Below, one piece after another: positions 22,238-32,922 of a stretch of DNA of 64,000 bases. The DNA lies in the sequence record MH383160.1. One strand, 5' to 3'. The translations under genes and the position numbers were made by a program. The first letter of the stretch is position 1. Every line of letters begins with the position of its first letter. Below the pieces are notes generated by a model. It saw nothing but the letters and a program-made list of their open reading frames with translations, ran no database searches and was not told where the DNA came from.

Positions 22238-23425
22238 ATGTTACCTTTTGCAAGAATGGTTAAGTACGGGAATAAAGTCATTCCATATGTTCCCAATTTT
22301 ACTAAATTAGTCACCCCAGCAGTTGGTTATTCATTTACATGCACAATGCTGCTGGATGTAAATGGATCAGTGTGGGCTATGGGTCTTCAGAATGGTGGAA
22401 TTTTTGGGTTAGGGAATACTACACAGGTTACTGAATGGACAAAAATATATAGCAATGTTAAAGATTTTTGGTGCAGTACAGGGAATGGGTTTTGTCTAAT
22501 ACGAACAAATGATGATAGATTCTTTTATAGTGGTTTAGATAAATGGCTAGGTAATAATACAACAAATACTGTAACAACATTCACTGAATGTACGAGTTAT
22601 TTTACACAATTTGGTATTTCAAAAATCAAAGAGATATATGTAGGTCTTGATTATGCTTTGATTTTAGGTACTGATAATAGTTTATATTTGTTAGGTGATA
22701 ATAAAAATTCAAAGTTTGGTTTAAACACTGCATCATATTTTAATAAATTTACATTTTTAGTCGATAATGTTAAAAAATTCTGTTCATCCATCACACCCTC
22801 TAACTGGATTATTAAACTAGATAATACAATATGGCGTACTGGGACAACATCTCATGGAACGTTGGGAAATGGAGTTCAAAACACATATATATTTCCTTGG
22901 GTTCAATATAAGGGCACACCTGTTACCGAAGCTATAGACGTTTTTTGTAGTGCGAGTTATATTGGTATTATAACTAAAGGTACACCAGAATCATGTCCTA
23001 TGTATACAATGGGCTATCAAGCTGATGGTCAGTTGGGTAATAATACTACAGCAGGGGGTTATAAATTAACGCCAACGTTATCGAAAACCGTTCCAGATGA
23101 TAGTGAATTCATTCGAATTGAAAACATCTCATCCCGTGGCCTGGTATATTATAGCTCTGGTAAAATTTATAGTACTGGTTATAATAACAATGGTCAATTG
23201 GCAAATAACAGTACAATTAATTCTGGTTCATTTGTTGAAGCAATTTTACCTGATGGTGTTAATTTTAAGAAAAGTGAATCACTTGTAGCTGGGAACGATG
23301 CAACGTTGTATATGTACATTAATAATAAATTATACTACGCGGGGAAATCCCCTGATAATATTTCAGCAAGTAGTTCATCTGTCATGAAAGAGTTCCCACT
23401 TCCAACAATCAATGCCAGTACTTGA
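22238..23425 (+). CDS. Array gene 3: RCC1-like propeller
   Basis: GYQADGQLGN and GYNNNGQLAN repeats; the stop codon lies inside the next cassette hairpin. Confidence 0.85.
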   Translation: MLPFARMVKYGNKVIPYVPNFTKLVTPAVGYSFTCTMLLDVNGSVWAMGLQNGGIFGLGNTTQVTEWTKIYSNVKDFWCSTGNGFCLIRTNDDRFFYSGLDKWLGNNTTNTVTTFTECTSYFTQFGISKIKEIYVGLDYALILGTDNSLYLLGDNKNSKFGLNTASYFNKFTFLVDNVKKFCSSITPSNWIIKLDNTIWRTGTTSHGTLGNGVQNTYIFPWVQYKGTPVTEAIDVFCSASYIGIITKGTPESCPMYTMGYQADGQLGNNTTAGGYKLTPTLSKTVPDDSEFIRIENISSRGLVYYSSGKIYSTGYNNNGQLANNSTINSGSFVEAILPDGVNFKKSESLVAGNDATLYMYINNKLYYAGKSPDNISASSSSVMKEFPLPTINAST

Positions 23426-23477
23426 TACTGGTATTCTTATTTGTATTAAATATAGTATAATGAATAAAGGAGGAATT

Positions 23478-24665
23478 ATGTTACCTTTTGCAAGAATGAT
23501 GAATTATGGGAATATTGTGCCTGTACCACTACAAATTAAGAAAATAATACCAACTGATACTGATGTTGTTGTACTTTATACTGATGGTCAACTATACGCA
23601 CGAGGAAATAATGCTTTTGGGAAGTTTGGAAGAGGCAACAACACTGCATTAAGAACATGGACATTAATTAGAGAAAACGTTAACGATTTCTGGATCACAC
23701 AAGGAACTTTGTTAGTTCAAGATAATGACTTAAATTATTACTATTGTGGATATGGTGATCATATTGGTTTACCAAGTAGTACTACTACGTTTTTAAGTTA
23801 TAACCAATATATTGAAAATTTGTTCACGCAAAGTTCAAGTACTTCAATTAAACAGATGTATGCAGGTACTACGTGGTTTACTTTCTTAATGGATAATAAT
23901 ACAATATGGAGTACTGGTTGGAGTGGGGGTAAACAATTCGCTGATGGTACGGGTAGTACTCAACAAATAACAGATGGATCATTTGTAAAAGCTGTCACGC
24001 CTGATGTTGATATTGCACAAATACAGTCAACAAATAACTGTGTAATGTTTTTTGATACACAAAATAATTTATATATTGGTGGTGGTACGTCAGGTATAAG
24101 TACTAGTACTACATGGACTTCATATAATGAATATACTTTATATAAACCAAGTACAACATACACAAAAACGTTACAATACACTGGATGCTCAAGTGGTGCA
24201 GTCAGTGCTTTGGTTGAGAATCCAAGTACTGGTGCACGTCAGTTTCTAGTTGGTGGTTTAGCGAATAATGGTGCATGGGGCAACAATACCACAACCAGTT
24301 CAGCACTTGCTGTATTAGGGAGCAATAGTACGACATTACCACCCGGTACTTTGTATTCAATTCATACTGGATACCCAACACAATCTAGTATACTAGTTAC
24401 GAGTACTGGTGTATATGCAACTGGTTTAAATGCGAGTAGTTATGCTGGCTCTTTGGGTGTAGGTTCTAATGTTACTATTGGTAAATTTACTGCATGTCCA
24501 ATGCCTACACAAATAACATATTCTATGTATGATAAAATAAAAATATATAGAGGTTCATATCGTACATTTCTAACTGATATGAAAAATATATATTCAACCG
24601 GAACTTATGATGATGGTGGTCCTAGTACAACTAGATATGTACTAGATACACCCCGTCAATTATAA
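23478..24665 (+). CDS. Array gene 4: RCC1-like propeller
   Basis: RGNNAFGKFGRG repeat; MLPFARMMNYGN tag. Confidence 0.85.
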   Translation: MLPFARMMNYGNIVPVPLQIKKIIPTDTDVVVLYTDGQLYARGNNAFGKFGRGNNTALRTWTLIRENVNDFWITQGTLLVQDNDLNYYYCGYGDHIGLPSSTTTFLSYNQYIENLFTQSSSTSIKQMYAGTTWFTFLMDNNTIWSTGWSGGKQFADGTGSTQQITDGSFVKAVTPDVDIAQIQSTNNCVMFFDTQNNLYIGGGTSGISTSTTWTSYNEYTLYKPSTTYTKTLQYTGCSSGAVSALVENPSTGARQFLVGGLANNGAWGNNTTTSSALAVLGSNSTTLPPGTLYSIHTGYPTQSSILVTSTGVYATGLNASSYAGSLGVGSNVTIGKFTACPMPTQITYSMYDKIKIYRGSYRTFLTDMKNIYSTGTYDDGGPSTTRYVLDTPRQL

Positions 24666-24736
24666 TATAATAGCCAGTACTCAGTACTGGCTTTCTTATT
24701 TGTATTAAATATAGTATAATGAATAAAGGAGGAAGT

Positions 24737-25474
24737 ATGTTACCTTTTGGAAGAATGGTAAAGTACGGGAATAAAATTGAATATAAGCCAGATGGTGAAC
24801 AATTAATCACGACAATAGGAACAACACAATTTACAGTTCCTGCTGGCGTTACCGAAATATCAGTATGTGTTATTTCGCCGGGTGGTCAACGTGGTGCTGG
24901 TGGCGGCTTATCGTGGCGTAATAATATTCCGGTTACTAGTGGTGAGTACTTAAGTGTTTCTCTTACACATCCCAACACTACTACACCAGTTGAAAACGGT
25001 TTATATCGTGGAACTGAAAAACTATGTGTTAGCTTCACTGGTGAATATAGGGTTGGTGGACTAGGTGGGAAAGCTGCTAACGCTATTAATGATGGTGGTG
25101 GTAATGGGGGCAACGCTGGTGTAAGTGGTGGTGCAGTCATTGGTGGTGGTGCTGGTGGCTACACTGGTAAAGGTGGTAACGGAGATGCAATCACTGGTGA
25201 AAATGGTGCTGGCGGCGGCGGTGGTGGTGGTGCATTCTATAATACCTCGTTCATTGGTACGGGTGGTGGTACTGGTATCATTGTTCAAGGTGCTAATGGT
25301 ATTGGCGGTAGATACGATGGTTCATATAATGGTGGTGCTGGTAGTGGTGGTGCTGGTAAGATGTATGGTGGTGGTGGTAGTATATGGGATAATTTTTCTT
25401 ATACGGCTGCTGGTGGTGGTGCTGTGCGAATAATATGGGGACGTGGGAGATATTATCCTAACAATTCAGTCTAA
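24737..25474 (+). CDS. Array gene 5: glycine-rich (polyglycine, adhesin-like) protein with the same MLPFGRMVKYGN tag
   Basis: Many GGxGG/GGGGGG runs, ending GGGAVRIIWGRGRYYP; no RCC1 repeats. Confidence 0.8.
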   Translation: MLPFGRMVKYGNKIEYKPDGEQLITTIGTTQFTVPAGVTEISVCVISPGGQRGAGGGLSWRNNIPVTSGEYLSVSLTHPNTTTPVENGLYRGTEKLCVSFTGEYRVGGLGGKAANAINDGGGNGGNAGVSGGAVIGGGAGGYTGKGGNGDAITGENGAGGGGGGGAFYNTSFIGTGGGTGIIVQGANGIGGRYDGSYNGGAGSGGAGKMYGGGGSIWDNFSYTAAGGGAVRIIWGRGRYYPNNSV

Positions 25475-25546
25475 AATATAGGCCAGTACTTGATACTGGC
25501 TTTCTTATTTGTATTAAATATAGTATAATGAATAAGGAGGGGAATT

Positions 25547-26689
25547 ATGTTACCTTTTGCAAGAATGGTTAAGTACGGGAATATAGCACCAGTTCCAGTA
25601 GTTCCTACAATAAAAGATTTTAAGATTGGCTTTTCACATGAAGTGTTATTGGACAGTGCAGGTGATGCATGGGGTATTGGATACAATACAGATGGGCAGT
25701 TAGGCTTTTTGGATGCAAATACCAATTCACTAGGTGTGTGGTCTAAGATATATACTGATGTTCGATTAATTGGAGTTACTGCTAGATATACAGTGGTAGT
25801 TACTAATAATAATAGAATCCTTTACGCAGGAAATAACTTAATTTCTAGTACTACTACTCTTGGGTGGACCGATATAACTGCCAGTATGGGTCCGGTTGCG
25901 GTGGATAGCATCGATGCATTATATTGCACAGATGGTATGATGCATATTAAAACTTCAGATGGTTCTTTATATGCATATGGTCGTAACATGAACGCAAACA
26001 GTGGTGTTACTGGTGGTGTTATTAGTGTTGCAACTAAGGTTAATTTGCCTTCTGCTGTAAATGACATGCGATATACGTTTAGTTATGGTTCAGTACTATG
26101 TCGATTGGATACGACTTCTATATACGCATGGGGACGAAACACAAATGGTGAATTAGGCCAGGGTAATACAACAGCTATCGTTACCCCAAAACTATTGTCT
26201 GGTGCTTCTATTGCAATGGGTACTTCGTATAATGCTACTGCAATTGTTTCTGGTTCTGCATCGTTAGTTACGTGTGGTGGTCAGAACAGTGGTCAGTTGG
26301 GTAATGGTATTACTACTGATGGTAATGTTTACGTATATGCTGCTAGAACATACCCAGGCGATCTTAATACTATAAGAAGTCCAGTGGATTGTAGTACAAC
26401 GTACACCTCTGCATTTATGAGTCCAGATGGTATATATTACACTGGTGCTAACCGAAGCATGTTTGGTGGTATTAGTGGTGCTGCTACCGTTGGTGTATAT
26501 ACTAAATGTAGTGATTTACCAATAACATATTCTAATATAATTCAGTGGGGTAGTGGTACTATTGGTGGTGCTATATGTAGTAGTACAGAGTTATACCAAT
26601 GTGGCATCGGTCGATACATTGCTGGCGATGGTGCGAGCACAACCAGGTATGGATTTAGGAAGACACCATTACCTTGGGATGTTTATTGA
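25547..26689 (+). CDS. Array gene 6: RCC1-like propeller
   Basis: GYNTDGQLG, GRNTNGELGQG and GQNSGQLGNG repeats. Confidence 0.9.
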   Translation: MLPFARMVKYGNIAPVPVVPTIKDFKIGFSHEVLLDSAGDAWGIGYNTDGQLGFLDANTNSLGVWSKIYTDVRLIGVTARYTVVVTNNNRILYAGNNLISSTTTLGWTDITASMGPVAVDSIDALYCTDGMMHIKTSDGSLYAYGRNMNANSGVTGGVISVATKVNLPSAVNDMRYTFSYGSVLCRLDTTSIYAWGRNTNGELGQGNTTAIVTPKLLSGASIAMGTSYNATAIVSGSASLVTCGGQNSGQLGNGITTDGNVYVYAARTYPGDLNTIRSPVDCSTTYTSAFMSPDGIYYTGANRSMFGGISGAATVGVYTKCSDLPITYSNIIQWGSGTIGGAICSSTELYQCGIGRYIAGDGASTTRYGFRKTPLPWDVY

Positions 26690-26760
26690 AATTATGCCAG
26701 TACTTTGTACTGGCTTTTCTTTTTGTATTAAATATAGTATAATGAATAAAGGAGGGAAGT

Positions 26761-27936
26761 ATGTTACCTTTTGCAAGAATGGTTAAGTACGGGAATAGAG
26801 TTCCAGCACCTTCAGGTGTTATGAAGATAAGTACATCTCATGTACATATGGGTATGTTATTCGATACAGGCAATTTATATCTACGTGGATTAGGTACACA
26901 GTACAGGTTAGGAAATGATAGTACTGCGACACTACAAAATGGGTGGGTCAAGTGTCCATATAAAGTTTCTGATGTTTGGTGCTTCTTCGCAGCGACAATT
27001 ATACTTACGACTGATGGAGAATTTTACTTAGCTGGTCAAATGGGTTATGTCGGTGTCTCTGCATCACCAGTTCCTGGATGGACTAATATCACATCTTTAT
27101 TGTCTACAATACCAGCACTTACTACAGTGGTAGATATAGCTTCTACTGAAACTACCGAATCAAATGGTTCGTTATTGATTTTGTTAAGTAATGGGGACTT
27201 ATATGGTATTGGGCGTAATACAGGAGGTGTATTGGGTGTTACTGGTATACAAACAACGCCGATTCAGATTGCTACTGGAGTTAGTATGATTGCGGGAACA
27301 CCGTCAGGTGAGGCTTTCCATTATGTCAAAAATAATCAATACTACAGATGTGGGAATAACGCAAGTTACAACTTAGGGTCAAGTTCTTCTAAACTTTCTA
27401 CATTTACGGTAAGTACTGATATATCGGGAACAGTTATTGGTATTTCATGTACTACATTAACGACTTCAGTACTTACATCTAATAATGGTAATATTAGAGT
27501 ATATAATGCTGGCAGAAACACTGATTATTGTTTAGGAATAGGGTATGGAGACACTAAGACTATAATGAGTCCATTTAGTATGACTCCAGCAATTGTTGGT
27601 ATCACACCAGATGCTAATTCAATGAATAACCACTGTTTGAATTATTCTTTAATGGCAATGACACAGAATGGTAAGCTTTATACATGTGGTAGTGGTGTTG
27701 CTCTTGGTTGGCCTGTTTCTATTGAATCAGAAAGATCTTATTATCACCAGGTACAATATGAGGATATGGATATTGCACCAGATGTTAATGCATTTTCAGC
27801 ACAAGGGGGTTCCGGTGTGTTATACGCATTAGTGGGGACAAATGAGGTGTACTGGTGTGGTAGTGGTTCTATGTTCCAGGAACAGAGTGCAGGTACACGA
27901 CAAGTTAAAATGAAGAAAATGATTTTACCGGAATAG
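26761..27936 (+). CDS. Array gene 7: RCC1-like propeller
   Basis: N-terminal blade closely similar to gene 10 (HMGMLFDTGNLYLRG vs HVGLLYSTGNMYMRG). Confidence 0.85.
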   Translation: MLPFARMVKYGNRVPAPSGVMKISTSHVHMGMLFDTGNLYLRGLGTQYRLGNDSTATLQNGWVKCPYKVSDVWCFFAATIILTTDGEFYLAGQMGYVGVSASPVPGWTNITSLLSTIPALTTVVDIASTETTESNGSLLILLSNGDLYGIGRNTGGVLGVTGIQTTPIQIATGVSMIAGTPSGEAFHYVKNNQYYRCGNNASYNLGSSSSKLSTFTVSTDISGTVIGISCTTLTTSVLTSNNGNIRVYNAGRNTDYCLGIGYGDTKTIMSPFSMTPAIVGITPDANSMNNHCLNYSLMAMTQNGKLYTCGSGVALGWPVSIESERSYYHQVQYEDMDIAPDVNAFSAQGGSGVLYALVGTNEVYWCGSGSMFQEQSAGTRQVKMKKMILPE

Positions 27937-27945
27937 GAGGAAAAT

Positions 27946-29133
27946 ATGTTACCTTTTGCAAGACTGGTCAAGTACGGGAATAAGATACCACCACCCGCTG
28001 GTATCCGCAAGATTAATACTTATGGATTAGGGCATTTATTTTTAACTACCGATGGTAAGTTATTTGCATATGGTTCAAATAATGAGTATCGTTTTGGTAC
28101 ACCAACCACTTCGATTGTTGGTGGAGTGCCTAGCTTAGTTCTTATAAATGTAGCTATGATATACTGTCATCCAGCATATACTATATGTCTAATGAATGAT
28201 GGAAGATATATGGCGGCGGGGAATTTAAGTCAATTTGGATTAGGTTCACAAACAAGTTTCGTTGATGTGAGTTCATTTTTCAGCACATTAGGAACTATTA
28301 CAAAGATTGCAATTACACGCCGTGAAACACCAGGAACTAGTACAATATACGCATTGAATAGTACTGGAATATTATATGCTATGGGTTCAAATAACCGTGG
28401 ACAGTTTGGTAATAATACCCTAACTGGGAAGATAGGTGAATTTGTACAAATCAACACTAACTGTAAAGATGTGGTAACCTGTTCTTATGAAACAGTTGTT
28501 GTGTTAAAGAACGATAACACAGCTTGGTTTTGTGGTAATTATGGATTAACATCTGGATCATCTGATATTAAGGTATTCACCAATATAGGTGATACTGATA
28601 TCCTTTCAATCAATTCGGATGGTTCAGGCGGCTCATTGTTATACACCAAGAGTACTGGATTATATGTTCGTGGTTTGCTCACTTCATTGTATGGATTGAC
28701 GTATACTTCAGGTTCCCAGGGAACTAACAGATTAGCAGTTCTTCCCTTTACATACGATAGTGCTAATTTTAGATACTGGACTGATCCAGAGGGTCAAGGA
28801 CCATCATGTTGGATTCAGGATTTGAGTACAGGTACACGTTATGCAACTGGCTCTACTAATAGTAGCAATGGCAGATTAGGATTTAGTGTTCCGACAGCTT
28901 CTGGTAATAGTTTCAGAGAGCAGGTTATAAACCTACCAGAAGGTACATCAACAATGACAGTACTGTCAGTTGGTATGGGAAATAATTATTCTGCATTAAT
29001 TAGCACCGATGGTATAGTATATGGTTCAGGTGCATTCAACGGGTATGGTGCATATCCAGGAACAGAAGTGGTGAACTACCCTGACTCCAATCCTACACTA
29101 TTTCAATATGAGCCAATTAAATTGGGTATATGA
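27946..29133 (+). CDS. Array gene 8: RCC1-like propeller (RBS only, no own cassette)
   Basis: GSNNRGQFGN repeat; starts 10 nt after the gene 7 stop. Confidence 0.85.
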   Translation: MLPFARLVKYGNKIPPPAGIRKINTYGLGHLFLTTDGKLFAYGSNNEYRFGTPTTSIVGGVPSLVLINVAMIYCHPAYTICLMNDGRYMAAGNLSQFGLGSQTSFVDVSSFFSTLGTITKIAITRRETPGTSTIYALNSTGILYAMGSNNRGQFGNNTLTGKIGEFVQINTNCKDVVTCSYETVVVLKNDNTAWFCGNYGLTSGSSDIKVFTNIGDTDILSINSDGSGGSLLYTKSTGLYVRGLLTSLYGLTYTSGSQGTNRLAVLPFTYDSANFRYWTDPEGQGPSCWIQDLSTGTRYATGSTNSSNGRLGFSVPTASGNSFREQVINLPEGTSTMTVLSVGMGNNYSALISTDGIVYGSGAFNGYGAYPGTEVVNYPDSNPTLFQYEPIKLGI

Positions 29134-29214
29134 AGTATGTATATCAAACAGCCAGTACTTGATACTGGCTTTTCTTTTTGATTAAATATAGTATAATGAA
29201 TAAAGGAGGGATTT

Positions 29215-30394
29215 ATGTTACCTTTTGCAAGAATGGTTAAGTACGGGAATATAGCACCTATATATGAATCTAGTGTAATTAAAATGCAAGCACCATCGGC
29301 TTTTACCAACAACACATTGATGATTCTGTATAAGAACGGTGATTTGTGGGGTATTGGCGGTAACAATGCTGGTATATTCGGTCTTGGAAATACAACGACA
29401 CAGACCAAATGGGTTCGCTTAATGCAAAATGTGAAAAATTTTTGGTGCACAAGGAATGCTTCATATAGCTTAGTTCAGACCAATGATAATAAATTTTATT
29501 ATGCAGGTTGGAACCTTTGGACTGGTACATCTAGTGCAGTTCAAAGTACTACATTTGTTGATTGTACGTCTTATTTTTCAGGTTTTAATGTGGATAATAT
29601 CAAGGAGATATATCCAAATGTTCGTAATATGTTTTTACTAACAAATGATAGTGTTCTTTACGCAATAGGTGATAATTCAACCTATGAGTTGGGTAGTAGT
29701 TCATCTACACTTACATCATTTACACAGGTTAATATTAATGTTAAAAAGGTTAGTTCATTTTTCAATAGTCCAACTTGGATAATTAAAAATGATAATTCAG
29801 CATGGAGATGTGGTAAAACTAGTACTGGTACATTGTTAACTGGTTCTGCTACTGATACTTTGACGAGTTGGACAAAGTATAGTTTTCCTACAGGCCAGTA
29901 CCCCGTTGATATAATTTCATATAACAATATGTTGGGTATAGTTCTTAATGTAGATAATACTTATCCGCTATATGGTGTAGGGTCACAAAATTCACGGACA
30001 ATTAGGAAATGGTGTTCTATCTAATACTAATAAGATATCTTTAACGCCACAAAGTACTTATTTACAATTAACTAATGTTTCCGATTTTGAATTTATACAA
30101 ACATATTCACAAAATCCTAGGGGATTATTATATAGAAATGGAAGTCGTATTTTTGGAACAGGGTATAATAATTATGGACAGCTTGGTAACAATTCATCTA
30201 ATAATGCTTCAATTTTTGTCCAAGCACAATTTCCAAATTCTGTAGTTTATGATCCGTCAACATCGTTGGTTGCTGCGAATGACAATGCATTATTTGCATA
30301 TGTGAATGGGAAATTATACTACACTGGTATGTCTCCAGTGGGGACAGTTGTTGGTACATGGACTTTAACTGAATACCAATTGCCACAAATTTAA
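29215..30394 (+). pseudogene. Array gene 9: RCC1-like propeller split by a +1 frameshift at CGG 29995-29997 (pseudogene, recoded gene or sequence error)
   Basis: Frame 1 stops at 30024. Skipping C29995 gives GSQNS-GQLGNG...GYNNYGQLGN...LPQI* (stop 30392-30394), colinear with the C-terminus of gene 3. Confidence 0.85.
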
Positions 30395-30404
30395 GGAGAA
30401 AATT

Positions 30405-31574
30405 ATGTTACCTTTTGGAAGAATGTTAAAGTACGGAAATATTAAACCAACTCTTCCTGAAATAAAGAAATTGGATGGTAGTCAATTACATGTCGGATTA
30501 CTTTATAGTACAGGGAATATGTACATGCGTGGTTCTGGTTCGAACTATAAATTAGGTACAGGGGATGCTAGTGATGTATTCGGTGGTTGGGTACATGTAC
30601 CCTATGAAGTTGATGATTTTTGGGCGTGTGTATCCGGTACATTAATAAAGACTGTTGATAATAAATTATATTGTGCAGGTCTATACATGGGTGGATATTT
30701 TGGGGCTAGTGGTTCATATGTTAACTGGACTGAAGTAACTTCATTATTTGTAGGTATTGACGTGTCGCAAATAAAGAATATAGAATTTACGTCAGCGGGT
30801 ACGTCAGGTAGTACACTAATATTGATGTTAGATGGTCGTTTATATGGGTTCGGTATGAACAGTAGATCCGAGTTAGGTGTTAATAACAAAGTTGTATCTC
30901 CCATTCTTATAGATACTGGGGTAAGTGCAATAGGAGCACATAAGTTAGGGGGTTCATCGTTCCATTATATAAAAGGCGGTAAGTACTACAGATGTGGAAC
31001 ATCGGTTGGTAGTAATATTGGAAGTTCTTCTTTGACTACTTTTACTGTATTGAGTATTCCTGATAACGTTATATCTATGCAAATATTATATGACAACGTA
31101 CAGTTATTATGTGTAGGAAGTTCTGGATATAGTATCTATATGGCTGGTTCGAATGATTATGGTGGAAGAGGTGTTGGCGGTTCTACGGTTTATACTACAT
31201 TCAGGAAAATAGATCTTACAGGATTTGGTGTTGTTCCCAGTGAAATACTATTTGAAAATGCCGGAAATGGTTATGTTAATATATCAACTGATAGTACTGG
31301 AGTATATACATGTGGTGGTGGTGCGGGTGTTAACGGTTTAGGTAGACCAACTAATGTAATACCAAGTTCACAGTTGGGGGTAGTTCAGTTCAGTACTGGA
31401 GTAGAACAATCAAATATAAGTCGTGTGTATTCACAGAGTTCGAGTTCTGTTATATATTGTATAGTCAATAATGAATTGTACTGGGCTGGTAGTAATTCAT
31501 ATTTTACTGATCAAACCACATCCACTGGTACACAATTTTCATTTATTAAGATGAAGGACATGCCTTCTGCTTAG
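30405..31574 (+). CDS. Array gene 10: RCC1-like propeller (RBS only)
   Basis: GMNSRSELG and GSNDYGGRG repeats; MLPFGRMLKYGN tag. Confidence 0.85.
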   Translation: MLPFGRMLKYGNIKPTLPEIKKLDGSQLHVGLLYSTGNMYMRGSGSNYKLGTGDASDVFGGWVHVPYEVDDFWACVSGTLIKTVDNKLYCAGLYMGGYFGASGSYVNWTEVTSLFVGIDVSQIKNIEFTSAGTSGSTLILMLDGRLYGFGMNSRSELGVNNKVVSPILIDTGVSAIGAHKLGGSSFHYIKGGKYYRCGTSVGSNIGSSSLTTFTVLSIPDNVISMQILYDNVQLLCVGSSGYSIYMAGSNDYGGRGVGGSTVYTTFRKIDLTGFGVVPSEILFENAGNGYVNISTDSTGVYTCGGGAGVNGLGRPTNVIPSSQLGVVQFSTGVEQSNISRVYSQSSSSVIYCIVNNELYWAGSNSYFTDQTTSTGTQFSFIKMKDMPSA

Positions 31575-31645
31575 ATTTTATGCCAGTACTTAACACTGGC
31601 TTTTCTTTTTGATTAAATATAGTATAATGAATAAAGGAGGATTTT

Positions 31646-32851
31646 ATGTTACCTTTTCCAAGGATGATAAAATACGCAAATAAAATGAAAGTTCCTGAAG
31701 TGAAAGAAATCTTTATTTACAATGGTTATAGTGCGTCAGTTATTCCAGCAACAGCACTCTTACTATTATATAAAAATGGAGACTTAATGGGTATAGGTGG
31801 AACTAGTTCACAAAACTATGGATTCGGAAATGGTGTACCTAATGCGAAAGTAAAAGAGTGGACTTTAATATACCAAAATGTAAAACGTTTTAGAACAGCC
31901 CAAGGTTCTTTTAATTTAATCCAAACCGAAGATAATAAATTTTATTACAGTGGCGTAGGTAGAGCTATTGGTACAGGATTAAGTACTGTCAGTACTTATA
32001 CTGATTGTACTTCATATTTTACATCAGTATTCAATGCAACACAATTGTCCCAAATTAAGGACATTCAAATTGTAGGGGAGGGTATTTTTGTTTTACTTCA
32101 AAATGGTACGCTATATGGAATGGGGGCCAATACACAGGGATATTTTGGTAATAACACAACCACAAGATTATCAACATTTACTTCAATTAATACGAATGTG
32201 GATAGTGTAAAAACAGGTTCAAGTGCAGTGATTGTACAGAAAATTGATAAAACACTTTGGGTCACTGGTCAAAACACATGGGGTTCACTTGGTATAAGCA
32301 ATGGTGAAACTAACATTAGAGTATGGACACAAATGGGTGCATTAGCCAACAATACTGTTATACATTATGAACTTGGTGGGAGTGCATCATGGGTTGTATC
32401 TAAACACAACACGAATAATACATATACAGTTCGTGCAAGTGGGATTCAATCGGAAGGTAACTTGGGTAATGGTTCAGCCGCTTCATCAGGGACAGTATTA
32501 TCTACAATCTCCACTCTACCAATATCCGATAATATGGAAATGAAATCAAATTCATTAACATATGGTGGGCTTACGGTTAAAACTACCAATTCACTTTATA
32601 TGTGTGGTATAAACACATATGGTAGGCTCGGTCGCGGTAATACAACATCAAGTACTACATTTGTAGTTCCAGTTGATGCACCTAAAGTTGGCAGCATCGA
32701 GTTATTCTGTCCAAGTGAATGTACAAATGTGTATATGGATAATCAAGGGGATGTGTATTTGAGTGGCTATATCCCACAAGCGACAGGTACAACAGTTTCT
32801 GATTATTACACTAAATTTCAATTATATAAAATACCCAGTCGTGGTATATAA
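31646..32851 (+). CDS. Array gene 11: RCC1-like propeller
   Basis: GQNTWGSLG and GINTYGRLGRG repeats; MLPFPRMIKYAN tag. Confidence 0.9.
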   Translation: MLPFPRMIKYANKMKVPEVKEIFIYNGYSASVIPATALLLLYKNGDLMGIGGTSSQNYGFGNGVPNAKVKEWTLIYQNVKRFRTAQGSFNLIQTEDNKFYYSGVGRAIGTGLSTVSTYTDCTSYFTSVFNATQLSQIKDIQIVGEGIFVLLQNGTLYGMGANTQGYFGNNTTTRLSTFTSINTNVDSVKTGSSAVIVQKIDKTLWVTGQNTWGSLGISNGETNIRVWTQMGALANNTVIHYELGGSASWVVSKHNTNNTYTVRASGIQSEGNLGNGSAASSGTVLSTISTLPISDNMEMKSNSLTYGGLTVKTTNSLYMCGINTYGRLGRGNTTSSTTFVVPVDAPKVGSIELFCPSECTNVYMDNQGDVYLSGYIPQATGTTVSDYYTKFQLYKIPSRGI

Positions 32852-32922
32852 AATAAAGCCAGTATTTTGTACTGGCATTTTTTTGTCCTAAATATAATAA
32901 CGATTTACATTTGGAGGATACA

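Larger units (their letters stand above)
20992..32922 (+). repeat. Repeated intergenic cassette: terminator hairpin GCCAGTA-n5-TACTGGC + T-tract, TAAATA late-type promoter, GGAGG RBS, continuing into ~36 conserved coding nt
   Basis: Copies start at 20992, 22174, 23414, 24673, 25482, 26696, 29151, 31582 and (degenerate) 32858. The core ttaaatatagtataatgaataa(a)ggagg is essentially invariant in the first eight. Confidence 0.95.

Noticed and set aside
19831-24737. Longer ORF-track starts (MNKEG.., MEMCIV.., MPVLDTG..) for array genes
   Set aside because: These run through the terminator/promoter cassette; the GGAGG RBS sits directly before the conserved MLPF ATG.
24896-25416. Three top-strand Chi octamers (24896, 25151, 25409), plus isolated bottom-strand ones at 44246 and 61498
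   Set aside because: The three are explained by Ala-Gly-Gly codons in the glycine-rich gene, and the other two are isolated; not counted as evidence.
20992-32922. Regular repeats resembling a CRISPR array or integron cassette array
   Set aside because: The 'spacers' are 0.7-2.4 kb of coding sequence, the repeat is explained as terminator + promoter + RBS, there are no attC-type R/L boxes, and no cas or integrase gene is in the window.
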